Origin: Tubulanus polymorphus
Taxonomy: Eukaryota; Animalia; Nemertea
DNA length: 64,000 nucleotides
Reading direction: 5' to 3'
Assembly: GCF_964204645.1 (NCBI RefSeq)
Contig: NC_134031.1
Location: 10,542,088-10,606,087 of the forward strand
Part shown: positions 39,901 through 51,797 of the stretch, in pieces
Layout of the letters: every line of letters begins with the position of its first letter
Position numbering within the stretch: position 1 is the stretch's first letter
Notes under the pieces: generated by a model
The model's input: only the letters and a program-made list of their open reading frames with translations
What the model was told of the DNA's origin: nothing
Database searches by the model: none
Position numbers and translations under genes: made by a program

Positions 39901-39992
39901 CCGGGTCATATAGAAAAACCATTGGCGATCAATCCAAATTTAGAAAATATTGGCAAAAACCATAGGAAAGGGTACAGTACTCGACGGAAATA
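36942..39992 (-). mobile_element. DIRS1-like copy C, non-autonomous (~2.8 kb deletion removes RT/RH/MT; ITRs and ICR intact)
   Basis: Junction gcgcatGAATtacatg at about 38087-38090 fuses gag to YR; further deletions near 38880 and 37772. Confidence 0.95.
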
Positions 39993-40034
39993 TTAGACAT
40001 CAGATTCGTACCAACGATGTAAAACTGTAAGCCA

Positions 40035-40115
40035 GCAGGACTCAAACCTACTTATCACTCAGCACTGATAGTAGATGCAACAACATCACACCTTATCTCA
40101 CTGAGCTACCTAGGC
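40035..40115 (-). mobile_element. tRNA-like SINE head fragment
   Basis: Minus strand GGTAGCTCAGTGAG...AGGTTTGAGTCCTG. Confidence 0.45.
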
Positions 40116-40509
40116 CGCCTGATTCGATTCCAAAAAAATACAGCATCGGCAAATAACCATTGCCATATTGCAATTTACAACAAACAAAATTTAAAATCAC
40201 TGTTTATTTCAAGTTCAAAATCAAATTTAATCGCTGTTGTGGTCATGGCAAAGATAATAAAAGTTATTTTTCCCCGGACCCAGCGCGCATTACAAAGCGA
40301 ATCCATCTGCCAAGTGCGTACAGGGCTGCTACTGCCTCATGAGTGCGCATGAGGCGGGCAGGGCATCTTAAAGTGAAAGCGTATTTTAGAATATGGCCGA
40401 ACCAATGGAATTTTACAATTAACTGTCAGTCAACTGATTGATGATACAACAAGGTTCTCGTTGACTTAACAATGATATTTTCCTCCAATAAACAACTCTG
40501 GTAAAATTG

Positions 40510-41402
40510 AACAAGAGCCCCAAGGGGCACTATGGCCAGCCTGTTAGCTCTTTATAAAATGGCAAATGATGCATTCTGTGGGTTAAATTGGTCTAAATAC
40601 ACTCCCAGCTCAAAGACTACTCAATCCCAGACTGATAATCTACACAATTCAATCGTGTTTTCACAGATAGCACAGACAGCGACTGGAGCAGGCAGGATCA
40701 AATACCTCAGATAAATCTTTTCCCTCTGTCTTGGAATTGAATTTTCTGAAATTTGCTCAATAAAACAAAATTGAATTGGATTTGCTGTTTTACCTTGTTC
40801 AAAAAAGTAAAATTGAATTGGAATTGATACTTCTTTTGCAAAATAAAATTTGATTGAATTTGCAGATTGAGAACGTGGCTAATACGCATATCAAGGTCAT
40901 CCATCCGATTTGAGAAAAAGCTATTTTTCCCGGACTTTGCACAATTGTCAATGATATTTTCTGTAGTACAAATAAAAATATTCCTCCCAAAAACGAAATC
41001 AACTAAAGATTTCACAGAAATTGATATTGAAACACGCTTTTAGATCTTAAAATAAAACCCGGAAGTAAAACGGTAGACGATACTGCGGGTTCACGTGAAC
41101 ACCTGCTGATCTCTGCGGCTAAGCCAATCATAGAGGAGTCATTGCTTTCTGATTGGCTTTTTAAAACAGATATTTATGCGATCAGATTTTTGTGAAAAAG
41201 CTCATACAAATTCTAGCAAGGCCTCCTTTCAAAATTTAGCTTCATAGGGGTTGGAGAACTGCTGGATATAATGCTCTAATGAATGATTTGTATGAATATA
41301 TGCTCAGTTGCACAGTCAAAGAGCCTTTACTCTGGAAACGATGTCATTTAAATTTGCTTCATTTGTACAGTAATAGACTCAGCCTGCAGCTGGCCTAATA
41401 AA
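40510..41402 (+). mobile_element. HINE-like family A copy
   Basis: 5' AACAAGAGCCCCAAGGGGCACTATGGCCAGCC; 3' hairpin (family consensus AGGCTCAGCC..GGCTGGCCT) followed by an A-run; relatives at 44330-45177, 46506-47030, 27540-28500 and 31020-31336. Confidence 0.7.
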
Positions 41403-42666
41403 ATGATCTATCTTTATTTGTGATATTGTATCATGGATGGTAGCCTAGTTTACCGTTTGATGTTTCGTGTCATTCTTTACTGCTGATGTCAATGCGGACA
41501 TATCACTACGCGATTGCTTAACCCCCTCTCATCCACCAGATAACTAACGAGATAAATGCGATAGAACAACTTCTTGGACCATTAAATGCTAATAATGAGA
41601 AGAGTCGGCGCTATTTTTTCGTACTACTATTTTCAATCCTACTATTTTACTAACTTCATAGACGTCAACCAATGCTAATAAAATGGAATTCGCTGAATTT
41701 GAATTTTTTGCTCAATAAAGTAAAATTTTATTGAATTTGACCATCTTTACAAAATGAATTTCATTGAATTTGGAATTCGTGCACATGGCTAACTTGCAAA
41801 TCAAGGTCATCTATCCGATTTGAGAAAAAGCAATTTTTCCCAATTGCCAAGTATGAATATTCAGTGCAAAATAAAAATACCTCTCAAAAACCAAACTGAC
41901 TAATGGGATCACAGGAATTGATGATTTGTATGAATATATGCTCAGTTGCACAGTCAAAGAGCCTTTACTCTGGAAACGATGTCATTTAAATTTGCTCCAT
42001 TTGTACAGTAATAGGCTCAGCCTGCAGCTGGCCTAATAAAATGATCTATCTTTATTTGTGATATTGTATCATGGATGGTAGCCTAGTTTACCGTTTGATG
42101 TTTTCGTGTCATTCTTTACTGCTGATGTCAATGCGGACATATCACTACGCGATTGCTTAACCCCCTCTCATCCACCAGATAACTAACGAGATAAATGCGA
42201 TAGAACAACTTCTTGGACCATTAAATCAGAAATCTGGTGAGGCTATGTTGTGGGGAATAATTGAAAAATTATTTTGAGTCATTTTTACCTGTATTTAATG
42301 TTTTATGTGAATGGAGCGACAATTTGAAGTTACTATGAAAATGAGAAGAGTCGGCGCTATTTTTTCGTACTACTATTTTCAATCCTACTATTTTACTAAC
42401 TTCATAGACGTCAACCAATGCTAATAAAATGGAATTCGCTGAATTTGAATTTTTTGCTCAATAAAGTATAATTTTATTGAATTTGACCATCTTTACAAAA
42501 TGAATTTCATTGAATTTGGAATTCGTGCACATGGCTAACTTGCATATCAAGGTCATCTATCCGATTTGAGAAAAAGCAATTTTTCCCGATTGCCAAGTAT
42601 GAATATTCAGTGCAAAATAAAAATACCTCTCAAAAACCAAACTGACTAATGGGATCACAGGAATTG
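41283..42666 (+). repeat. Near-identical tandem duplication (638 + 746 bp)
   Basis: 41283-41920 matches 41921-42666 except for a ~110-bp segment missing in the first unit. Confidence 0.9.
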
Positions 42667-42746
42667 ATCTTGAAATACAATTTCAAATCTTAAAATTAAA
42701 CCCGGAAATAAAACAGTCGTTGATACCGCGGAATCATGTGAACACC

Positions 42747-43085
42747 CATCCTCCCACGGCAGGGATTCGAACCTGATGGCACTGCTACACTCAGCAACGG
42801 CATGAAACCCCTGTCACACTAGACCGAATGGGCAGGTACATGCGCAGCTTTGCCGCACGAAAACTTGCGGCACCAATCAGAGTGCTCGTTGTATAATCGC
42901 TGAGGAAAATTTCAATGAAGAACTATAAATGGGAAAACCCGGGCTAAAATACAACGGGAAATCTGATTGGCTAATAATGATCATCTAAGCTGTGCGTGCA
43001 GCTGCGCGTTCGGTCTAATGTGGCAGGGTTTTGTACTGTGGCAATCTCGATGCCATCAGGTTCCAATCCCTGCCATGGGAGGATG
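42747..43085. mobile_element. 339-bp MITE with ~100-bp tRNA-like TIRs and 9-bp TSD (Mutator-like by TSD length)
   Basis: CATCCTCCCA...TGGGAGGATG; TSD GTGAACACC at 42738-46 and 43086-94; empty site seen in paralogous repeats (e.g. near 41095). Confidence 0.85.
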
Positions 43086-44086
43086 GTGAACACCTGAAGA
43101 CTTCTGCGGCTAAGCCTATCATAGAAGAGACAGTGCTTTCTGATTGGCTTTAAAACTGACAGTTTTGCTTTCAGATTTTTGTGAAAAACCTGCTGTAAAT
43201 ATTAATGAGGCCCTTTGTCTGAATTCTGTGCGCTTGAATGCACAATATGTTATACATTATTTTGTTTATTACATCGACGTGGCAAGATAATACATTCGAA
43301 TAGACGCGCACGTCAGCACAATAGCACCTCGTGTCTGCATTACATGTATAGTACGTTTGTATGCACGCGGTCACCATTCAGCTGTGTGTGTTGCTTCAGT
43401 AATGATAGTATGAACAGCACTCTCACACATCGGCGCACACGCATGTAAGCCTCTTACATCAGACAAACTAATCAGCAAAGTATAAGGCCTATGTCAGGCT
43501 GAAAAAAACTGCCTTCTAGAAAGCGATTACTGTTTATTAGCGACCAAACTTGTCGGACTGATCACTTCATCACTTTGACTAGTAACAACCAGAGCGCGGG
43601 TTCCCCCTAGTTACATCAAAACTGCCGACATTCCCAAAGCAGCCAATCATTACGGTTTCCCATAATTATGCCAAAAGCGCAGGCATTCCCAAAACAACCA
43701 ATCAGAGCGCAGGTTTTCACGCGTGCTTCCCGTGCCGTCAATATATGCCATAGTCTAGCCATAATCTTTCAAGGAATCCTGTCAATTTTTTGCATCAAAT
43801 GATGGAAATAATGGACAAAACAATAAACTTGATCTAACATTCAATAGTACAAATAAGTTGTATATTGCGAAAAGTGCCGACATTATGTTGTTTCAGAGAA
43901 AACTGAATGGTAAGAATTTGACTGACCTAGGAGACAACATGACGTCATTTGAACAGGATAACAAAGTGGTCATTCACTAGGTGAACCAACCACAAAAATC
44001 TTTGATAAATTTTCATGTGACAATAGCAATGACAATGTATTACAATGACAATGTATACAACTGGGAGGCTCTTAGAATAAACTTAC

Positions 44087-44223
44087 CTTTGAATTCTTGG
44101 AACCGGAGCAGATCTGTCAGAGAATGTTCTTTCTGGTGCTGTAGCTGGAATGGCAGCTGTTAGAGCTGCTTCTTTCTGTTGCTGATCATATGCTACTAGT
44201 TCACGTCGAGATGCCATTACTTT
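44087..44223 (-). CDS. UBR4: UBR4 exon 3
   Basis: KVMASRRELVAYDQQQKEAA... (UBR4 KVFASRKELLEYD motif); GTAAGT donor; 137 nt. Confidence 0.92.
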
Positions 44224-44329
44224 CTAATTAAATGCAATGATATGGTAAAATATAGAATAATGTATGTATTCAGTGGTGGTAAATGACTAAAAAGAGATAA
44301 AAAATGCCTATTGATGGAATGATAATGTA

Positions 44330-45177
44330 TACAAGAGCCCCAAGGGGCACTATGGCCAGCCTTTCAGCTTTTTATAAAATGGCAAATGATGCGATTCTGT
44401 GGGTTAAATTTGTCCAAACACACTCCCAGCTCATAGACTAGTCAATCCCAGGCTAAGAATAATTTACACAATTCAATCCTGTTTTCATAAGTAGCACAGA
44501 CAGTGACTGGAGCTGGCAGGAACAAATACCTCAGATAAATCTTTTCCCTTGGTCTTATTGATTTGAATGCGGAATAGAATAGAATTTTCTGGAATTTGCC
44601 CAATAAAACAATATTGAATTGGATTTGCAGTTTTACCTAGTTCAATAAAGTAAAATTGAATCTGGTTTGATATTCATTTAGCAGAATAAAATTTGATTGA
44701 ATTTGCAATCCATCCATCCGATTTGAGAAAAAGCTATTTTTCCTGGACTTTGCACAATTGTCAATGATATTTTCTGTAGTGCTAATAAAAATATTCCCCC
44801 CAAAAACCAAATCAACTAAAGGTTTACAGAAATTGATATTGAAATATTTTATTAGATCTTAAAATAAAACCCTGAAGTAAAACAGTAGACAATACTGCGG
44901 GTTCACATGAACACCTGCAGATTTCTGCAGCTAAGCCAATCATAGAGGAGTCATTGCTTTCTGATTGGCCTTTCAAAACAGATATTTCAACGATCAGATT
45001 TTCGCGAAAAAGCTCATATTAATTTTAACTAGGTCCTCTTTCAAAATTCAGGTTCATAGGGGTTGGAGAATGGATAATGCTCAGTTGCACAGTCAAAGAG
45101 CCTTTACTCTGGAAACCTTGTCATTTAAATTCACTCCATTTATATAGTGATAGGCTCGGCCTACGGCTGGCCTGAAA
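44330..45177 (+). mobile_element. HINE-like family A copy
   Basis: Colinear with 40510-41402, same termini. Confidence 0.7.
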
Positions 45178-48084
45178 ATTGTGTACCGCCTTGTAGCAGT
45201 CCCTATACCAGATAATGTGACTCAACCCATGCACCTCACAGGTTGTGGCCATCCTCCCCGCTAAATGATCATAAGGGCAACATGTGACTGTTACAAGTAC
45301 TCATTCTTCCCAAAAACAATAGCCCAGTAGAATACCTTCCTGCAACAGTAGTCTAGCTAGACCCAGTCACCTGAATTCTTGAGGAGGCTTGTATCTGTAG
45401 AACAGCCCTAAACTCCGAAATTACATTAAGTGTTTTTAAAAAGTGTATATTATCTCTTTACTTTGATTAATAACCGCACTTTCTATGCACATTCTTTTTC
45501 TTCCTCCTTTACCATAGACGCACTCGTCCAAAAAAGCTCTCCAATGCGAAGAATGTGCTGGAGTATCTTTGTGAATGAATTTGGCGAAAAAAGCATTAAC
45601 TCTTTCACTGATTATTCTGCAGCACCTAATTTCCTATATTTATGAATAGCCCAAACTACAAAGAATAACTCATAAATAATGATAACTTTGCGGAAAGAAA
45701 AATATAAACATAAAATATCAGGCTATCACAGTCGCAACATATCTGTTGTCTATAGCTGCCACAAAATCCAAGATGGATAAAAACATTTGAACTATTCATA
45801 ATACATCCTCCTTAAGACATTTAGGCTTCGTTTAAACATTCTCATAAGTGTTAAGTTCAGAAAAGAAGAAAGTAATAGATGTGGACATGTAAAAGAACAA
45901 CAAGATGGCTGTGCCCAGTCAAGGAAAGAACCTCACCGAATGAGCCTGTGCTAAAAATGAGCACCCAATGAGTCAAAATTAGCTGGCAATCAGCCTACAG
46001 AGTTCGCTTGGAAATCTATTTCTTTGCTGAGGTGCTGCACATACAGTTTTACATCTTGGCCCAACACCAATGAAGAGCCTTTGACACCAGATCGAACAAG
46101 AGATTCGAAATGTCCCGCCTTTTGCCATAGATAAGTGAGGACTGGTCAATTTTTGGTCTCTACCATAATGTGATGGGCCATCATCCTTTGGCATAAGAAT
46201 GGTTAGGGATTTCTCAAATATCTCAATGGTGATGTGAAAGGCTTGATCTACCAGGAACTAATTTGCCACTTTAATGATTTTGATGATAGGATAGAATTGA
46301 AGAGGATTTTATGTTTATTTGTTCAATACAATAAAATTTAATTGGATGTGTTCTTTTGTTCAATAAAGTGGAATCGAAATGAATTTGACATTTTTGCTGA
46401 ATAAAGATTTATTGAATTTGTAATTCAAGCACATGGCTAATAAGCATATCGAGGTCATCCATCCGATTTAAGAAAACGCAATTTTTCCCAATCCTTGCAC
46501 AATTTTACAAGAGTCCCAGGGGCACTATGGCCAGCCTGTCGGCTTTTCATAAATGGCAAATGATGCATTCTGGAGGTTATATTTGTCAAAATGAACTCTC
46601 CATCAAAACCTATAATTTATACAGTACAATCTTGTTTTCATCGGTAGCACAGACAGGGAGCTGGTAGGAACAAATACCTCAGATCAATCTTTTCCCTCGG
46701 TCTTATTGATTTGAATGCAGAATAGAATTGAATTGGATTTTCTGAAATTAGCTCAATAATACAAAATTGAATTGGATTTGATGTTTTATTTGTTCAATAA
46801 AGTAAAATTGAATTGGACTTTTTTGCAGAATATTTGATTGAATTTGCAGGTTGAGCACATGACTAATTAACATATAAAGGTCATCCATCCGATTTGAGAA
46901 AAAGTTATTTTTCCCGGACTTTGCATAATTGTCAATGATATTTTCTATAGTGCAAAATAAAAATATTCCACCCAAACACAAAATCACTTAACGATTTTAT
47001 AGAAATCGATATTGAAATACAATTTTACCTCTTTCAATGTCATCGGCGAACCGGTTCGCCGAGAATTGATATGAAATTGATTATCTTATATTGGCGAAAA
47101 TATTCGCCGATGTCAATCAGGTGACCTTGCCGCTGATTGGCTAGTTGTTTAACCCTTTCAATACCACAAAGTGTATCCGCTGCTGTACCGGAGGGAATTT
47201 AGGGGTTTATAGGGGTATTTTTGAGGCTTCATAGAATAGTTACCAAGGTATCTGACACAGAAAAATTATATAGCATGCTGTTGATAATTTTTGGGCCAAC
47301 AAAGTAGACATAAACAATTTGGATATAAGTGAACTTGAGGTCAAGGTCACATACTCTCAAGATGGCCGCCATGAAAAAAATTCACGAAAAAGTTTCAGAT
47401 AAACTGCTCTGTCTCCCAGCAAAATGCACTGATCTATTCAAGTCCAACTGAAATTGTATGCCATATATCCTTACTTTATGTAGTAAAAATTTCAAAGCAA
47501 TAGAACAACTAAAAAATTTATTTTTCCACTCATTTACCAACTTTTCCACCGATATGTCGGAAGGCGGGATGTAAGGGGTTTCATTGGGGTATAATTTCAG
47601 GCCTCAGAAAATAGTTACCTATGTATTTGACACTGATACATTGCATACCATAGTGTTGATAACCTTTGGGCTTACAAATAAGACAAATTATTTGGATATA
47701 TTTGATCTTGAGGATGGACAGTTTCTGGTTGTTCAATATTGAGAAAACTGAAAGGTAAGAATTTGACTGACCTAGGAGACAACCTGACATAATTTGAACA
47801 GGATAACAAAACATAAAGGTAAGTGACGTTGTGGATCATAATAATCATGTCGGGCGTTGACAAACATGATTAGCTCAATAAATATAATCTATCCACACGT
47901 AAGACCGTTAAGAGGTGGAAAAAGGTCTGCTTTTGACTCTTAGAAAGTTGCATCATGAATTTGTATATTCTTTACAAACTGCACAGAAGATTACGTAGAT
48001 ACACTCTGATGCAATTTCCCAGGGAATTAGTTGAGAATCTTGTGCGAATGGGTGACTATGAACCCCCGATGAATTGTGGATACG

Positions 48085-48416
48085 GTATATATACAGAGGA
48101 GAACAGGTTAATTGAGTAAATTGGTGAGTGAGTAAGTAATTAATGTTTGGCAAGGCGTGAAGTAATATACTTAGAAAGAATTGCTCAATTAACTCAATTT
48201 ACTCAATTAACCTGTTCTCCTCTGTATATATACCCCTGTTTTTAGTCAATATCTCACACCTGACGATGATCTCTAGGGTGAGATCGAAACGTCGTGTTTA
48301 TTATATATTTCAGATTGTTCGAATAAATAAATTCTTGATTTTAAATTCTTTTAATCCGTAGATAGTGGGTTTTAATCTTTTTATCCATTCACCACGTTTG
48401 AGTGTGGTTATCGTAC
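48085..48416 (+). mobile_element. Penelope family 1 pLTR fragment with short inverted copy
   Basis: 48195-48416 is the reverse complement of about 17524-17742; 48085-48180 is an inverted piece spanning the empty BEL site. Confidence 0.85.
48256..48297 (+). ncRNA. Minimal type I hammerhead ribozyme (Penelope pLTR)
   Basis: Same as 25741 except for the loop (uagggu). Confidence 0.85.
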
Positions 48417-48519
48417 GAACACAGCTTGTTTAGGTCGATTCAGAAATTTATTCAGTCCTGTATATTTTGGATTACTCTGTATTTCATTTATCAGGAGAGT
48501 GAAGAAAAGATGACTTTGG

Positions 48520-48860
48520 ATACTACCTTGCGTGACTCCACTAGTTAGACCTACTTATTTCCAAGATGAGACGGTTCCGTTGATTTCACCCACCTGTTTT
48601 GTTTGGACCAAACTGCTGAGCCATTAAGCAGCCCATCATTGAAACCATGACCTAATAGCTTGTTTAGTAATCGCTGATGTAGTGCCTTATCAAATGCTCT
48701 TTCGAAATCCATAAATATTAATCAAGGCAAAACAGTCGATTTTCTAGAGTCAAATAACCATCTTGTCAAGTCATCCATGGTTTCAAGCATGTAGGCCTAA
48801 TTGACTGTTTGTAGACCTTCCTTTTAAAACACTGCATTGACAGATGAACATGATTCTAAA
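48520..48860 (-). mobile_element. Degraded CR1-like LINE RT fragment
   Basis: Manual translation gives IFMDFERAFDKALHQRLLNKL and SGVTQGSI. Confidence 0.7.
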
Positions 48861-49123
48861 TATCCTTAATACTCATCAGCATGGTGCGGCTGCATCAGCA
48901 TACACTCGATCGTGGTCAACACAGTATCCAGACAATTAGATCAAGAATACTAGCAAGGCTATGCAGAAAACCCGTTATCGCTGCTTTGCAGCTATACTTG
49001 TGATTGTGTTTTGTCAGTGCTTACATCGTCAATTAAGACAAACTAATTGACATTTCATTGAATCAATTTCAGTTTTATGGCCTGAGCTATTTAACTACGC
49101 TTTAATTCAAGAATATAAGGTTA

Positions 49124-49578
49124 GCTAGAATGAGGCAAAGCCTCGAATGCCCTCGGCCTGAAATTCACCGCCACTTGAAGTTACAGGGTTTGTGGTAAAT
49201 GCGTTAGAAATATCATGGCCACGATTATTTCTATAAGAATGATATTGGAGAACATATGTACAAAGTGTAAATAATTTATCAACAGTTGCAGCCTCTAGGT
49301 TGTTTTCCCCTGATTGAAAACAATCGGTCAAAAATTGTGGCCTCTAGGCTGTTAACGTCGTTCTTCATGTCGGCCCCCTGGTGGCCATAATTTGAATTGA
49401 ATCGACCCAATTTTAAATAGGGTTCTGGCCCAAGTGATATCCTACTTGCGTACCAAGTTTGAAATAAATCCGTCAACAATTGCCGCCTCTAGGCTGTTAA
49501 CGTCACTTGCGGCGGCTTACTCAGACAGGGTAAATCTATATGCCCCTCTTAACTTAAGTTGAGCCGGGGGCATAAAAA
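49124..49578 (+). mobile_element. HINE-like element
   Basis: CTAGAA start, internal GCCTCTAGG repeats, 3' hairpin ATGCCCC...GGGGCAT followed by AAAAA. Confidence 0.55.
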
Positions 49579-49748
49579 ACAGCTGTCGGCATATTGGCCA
49601 GAAAATACAGTAATATGCCTTTTTAAACCCCACGGGGCGGAAGCAGAGAAAAATTGTCCCATTTGAATACCTGACTGGGTAGCGATAAAAAGCTCTGGAT
49701 GATACATGAAATAGAGAAAATGTTTCTACTTCTAACTAGTTATCTTAC

Positions 49749-49910
49749 CTGTATTATCTTACTCAGGTCATCAAAGGAGTTTTTACAGTCCCCGGCATAA
49801 CGCATGGCGAGCTGCTGTATACCTTTATTGACGTGGTTGGTATTGGTTGATGTTGTGCCACCAGGAGTTGCCCCAATGCCTGCACCATTAGCTATATGCA
49901 TAATCTCTTC
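49749..49910 (-). CDS. UBR4: UBR4 exon 2
   Basis: EEIMHIANG...VNKGIQQLAMRYAGDCKNSFDDLSKIIQ; AG acceptor, GTAAG donor; 162 nt, phase 0/0. Confidence 0.93.
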
Positions 49911-50065
49911 CTAAAAGAAAAGGTGATCTTAATTTCTATACCTATTGTGCAATCTAACTTGAAGAATTAATTGATTAAATGATGAATTAATTGATGATTA
50001 ATTGATTATCATCACCACCAATTAAGGATTATGAAAGGATAGTCAAATTACATGCAGTCACTGAG

Positions 50066-50126
50066 ATCGAACCCCAGTCTCATACATAAGAGACTTAGCA
50101 TTCTAACAGTCAGACCAAGGGAACTA
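50066..50126 (-). mobile_element. tRNA-like SINE head fragment
   Basis: Minus strand TGGTCTGACTGTTAGAAT...GGGGTTCGATCTC. Confidence 0.5.
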
Positions 50127-51611
50127 GTCAATTTGGACCATACATCAATTTGTGAATGCATATATCACATCAAAACTCTGGGACAAGGGGTACATTGTAT
50201 CATTATCAATTAGTGAAAAGTTTGAAAATCAGATAATTTGAATATTACACATATTACCCATGGCTAAACACAGAAAACAATGACTTGAAATGTACTAAAT
50301 GAATGAAAATGATCATATGCTTCAACTTTGCAATTAGGTACCACAAAAGTTTTAGCATAATACAATTCACTATTCAACTTCTCTGTCAGGGGATAATTGA
50401 AGAGACAATGTAATTGTTCCAATGAATACTAAATATAAAATACAAGTCTAAGGACTTTGAAAATTCATTGAGAATATCAGAGGTCTCAGATAGTTTGGGA
50501 TAACGAATAATTTTACATTATACAATTTATATGCTGCCAGCACTATTTGTAACCAGAAAGAAACTTTCCATGATGGGTTTCTGTGTAATTGTTTCTGTTT
50601 CATTCACCGAACTCGCTGTCAAAAAGGCGATTCTCGATATAAATAGTAATGGGTTTTCCCCTCGGGATACCCGCTTTGGGAAAGGCACCTGAATCGATGC
50701 TACGAGTTCGAATCCCAATATTTAGACGTAATTTATTATTCTTTGAAATAAATTCTTAGAATTTCTATTTATGATAGGATGTGCAGGTTTTGATTTGGTA
50801 ATGATGTTAATAAAAGTTTACCTCTTAAGGTATTGTTTTCTATCTATTGTTTGTGACGGATTAGTTTCGATGCTCCTCACAACCCGCCCCACCACGTGTC
50901 ACTTATTCACGGACACGCGGATTGTATCATTTGTAATAGGCCTACCACATGAAAGAGTCCATGGCCTACCGTAGAATAGTAGGGCCTACCGATCACGCTA
51001 TGTGCGATGAAAGTAGTGTTTGAATAAAACAAATTTTTAATGAAATAAACATTATTTATCATAATTAATCAATAGATCAGGTGCCGCCTAAATAATTGTT
51101 TGTTTCGTGAAATTTGTACAAAACTTTACGACTTCGTCATGTCTTGTGACCCTGAAAATACTAGAAGAATCATCGGTAAGCTTATAAAACGGCGAGGTCA
51201 ACATAGTAACAACAACTTCGGGGATTGAAAAAAAAAACTCGAAAGAATTATTTCTTATACTGATGAGTTATACTGATGGGGAGTAGCGACCGTCATTGAC
51301 ACCAGTTATTTATCCATTCACTATCAAATGTGACGAGCCCAATAAATGATTGCGCATAGATTCGGCCTCTCAGCATTTAGCACAGCAGTTCCAAGAAGTG
51401 TTAACACCGATCAGCGCGCGCGCGCTATCTAAAACCGGTGCTAGTACGATCAATATCTACAGGTATATACGTGTTCAGTATTACACAGGGAGTACTAGTA
51501 TGTTGATCGAGCGTCGTCGTAGCAACGCGCTATAAAGCGGCTTGAACTAGCGAGTAACGTTAATAATGTTTTAACCAAATTAGAGCACTTATAACCATCG
51601 GAATCAAATAT

Positions 51612-51712
51612 AAACCAAGCTGCACCATCTACATCAAGGAGAGAATACCTGTGTGAAATTACAGAATTGTCGGTCCACACAAACAGCTTAAATCGTGTCA
51701 TAAAGAAACATC

Positions 51713-51747
<35 letters not shown>

Positions 51748-51797
51748 ATGACGACGATGCCATAGATGGGTTCGTCTGACGACGAAACCCATCAAAA
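51612..51797 (+). mobile_element. Short HINE/DINE-1-like element
   Basis: Subterminal inverted repeat CCATCTA/TAGATGG, (GACA)n tract, 3' hairpin GATGGGTTCGTC..GACGAAACCCATC followed by an A-run. Confidence 0.65.

Noticed and set aside
45940-46270. Possible LINE RT C-terminal remnant
   Set aside because: Only one weak motif (RPKIDQSSLIYG); too degraded to call
47150-47580. piggyBac-like MITE (TTAACCC...GGGGTTTC)
   Set aside because: TIR match is poor and the right TTAA is absent
51765-51793. CTGACGA..GAAA as a hammerhead ribozyme
   Set aside because: No stem II between the boxes; it is the 3' hairpin of a HINE-like element
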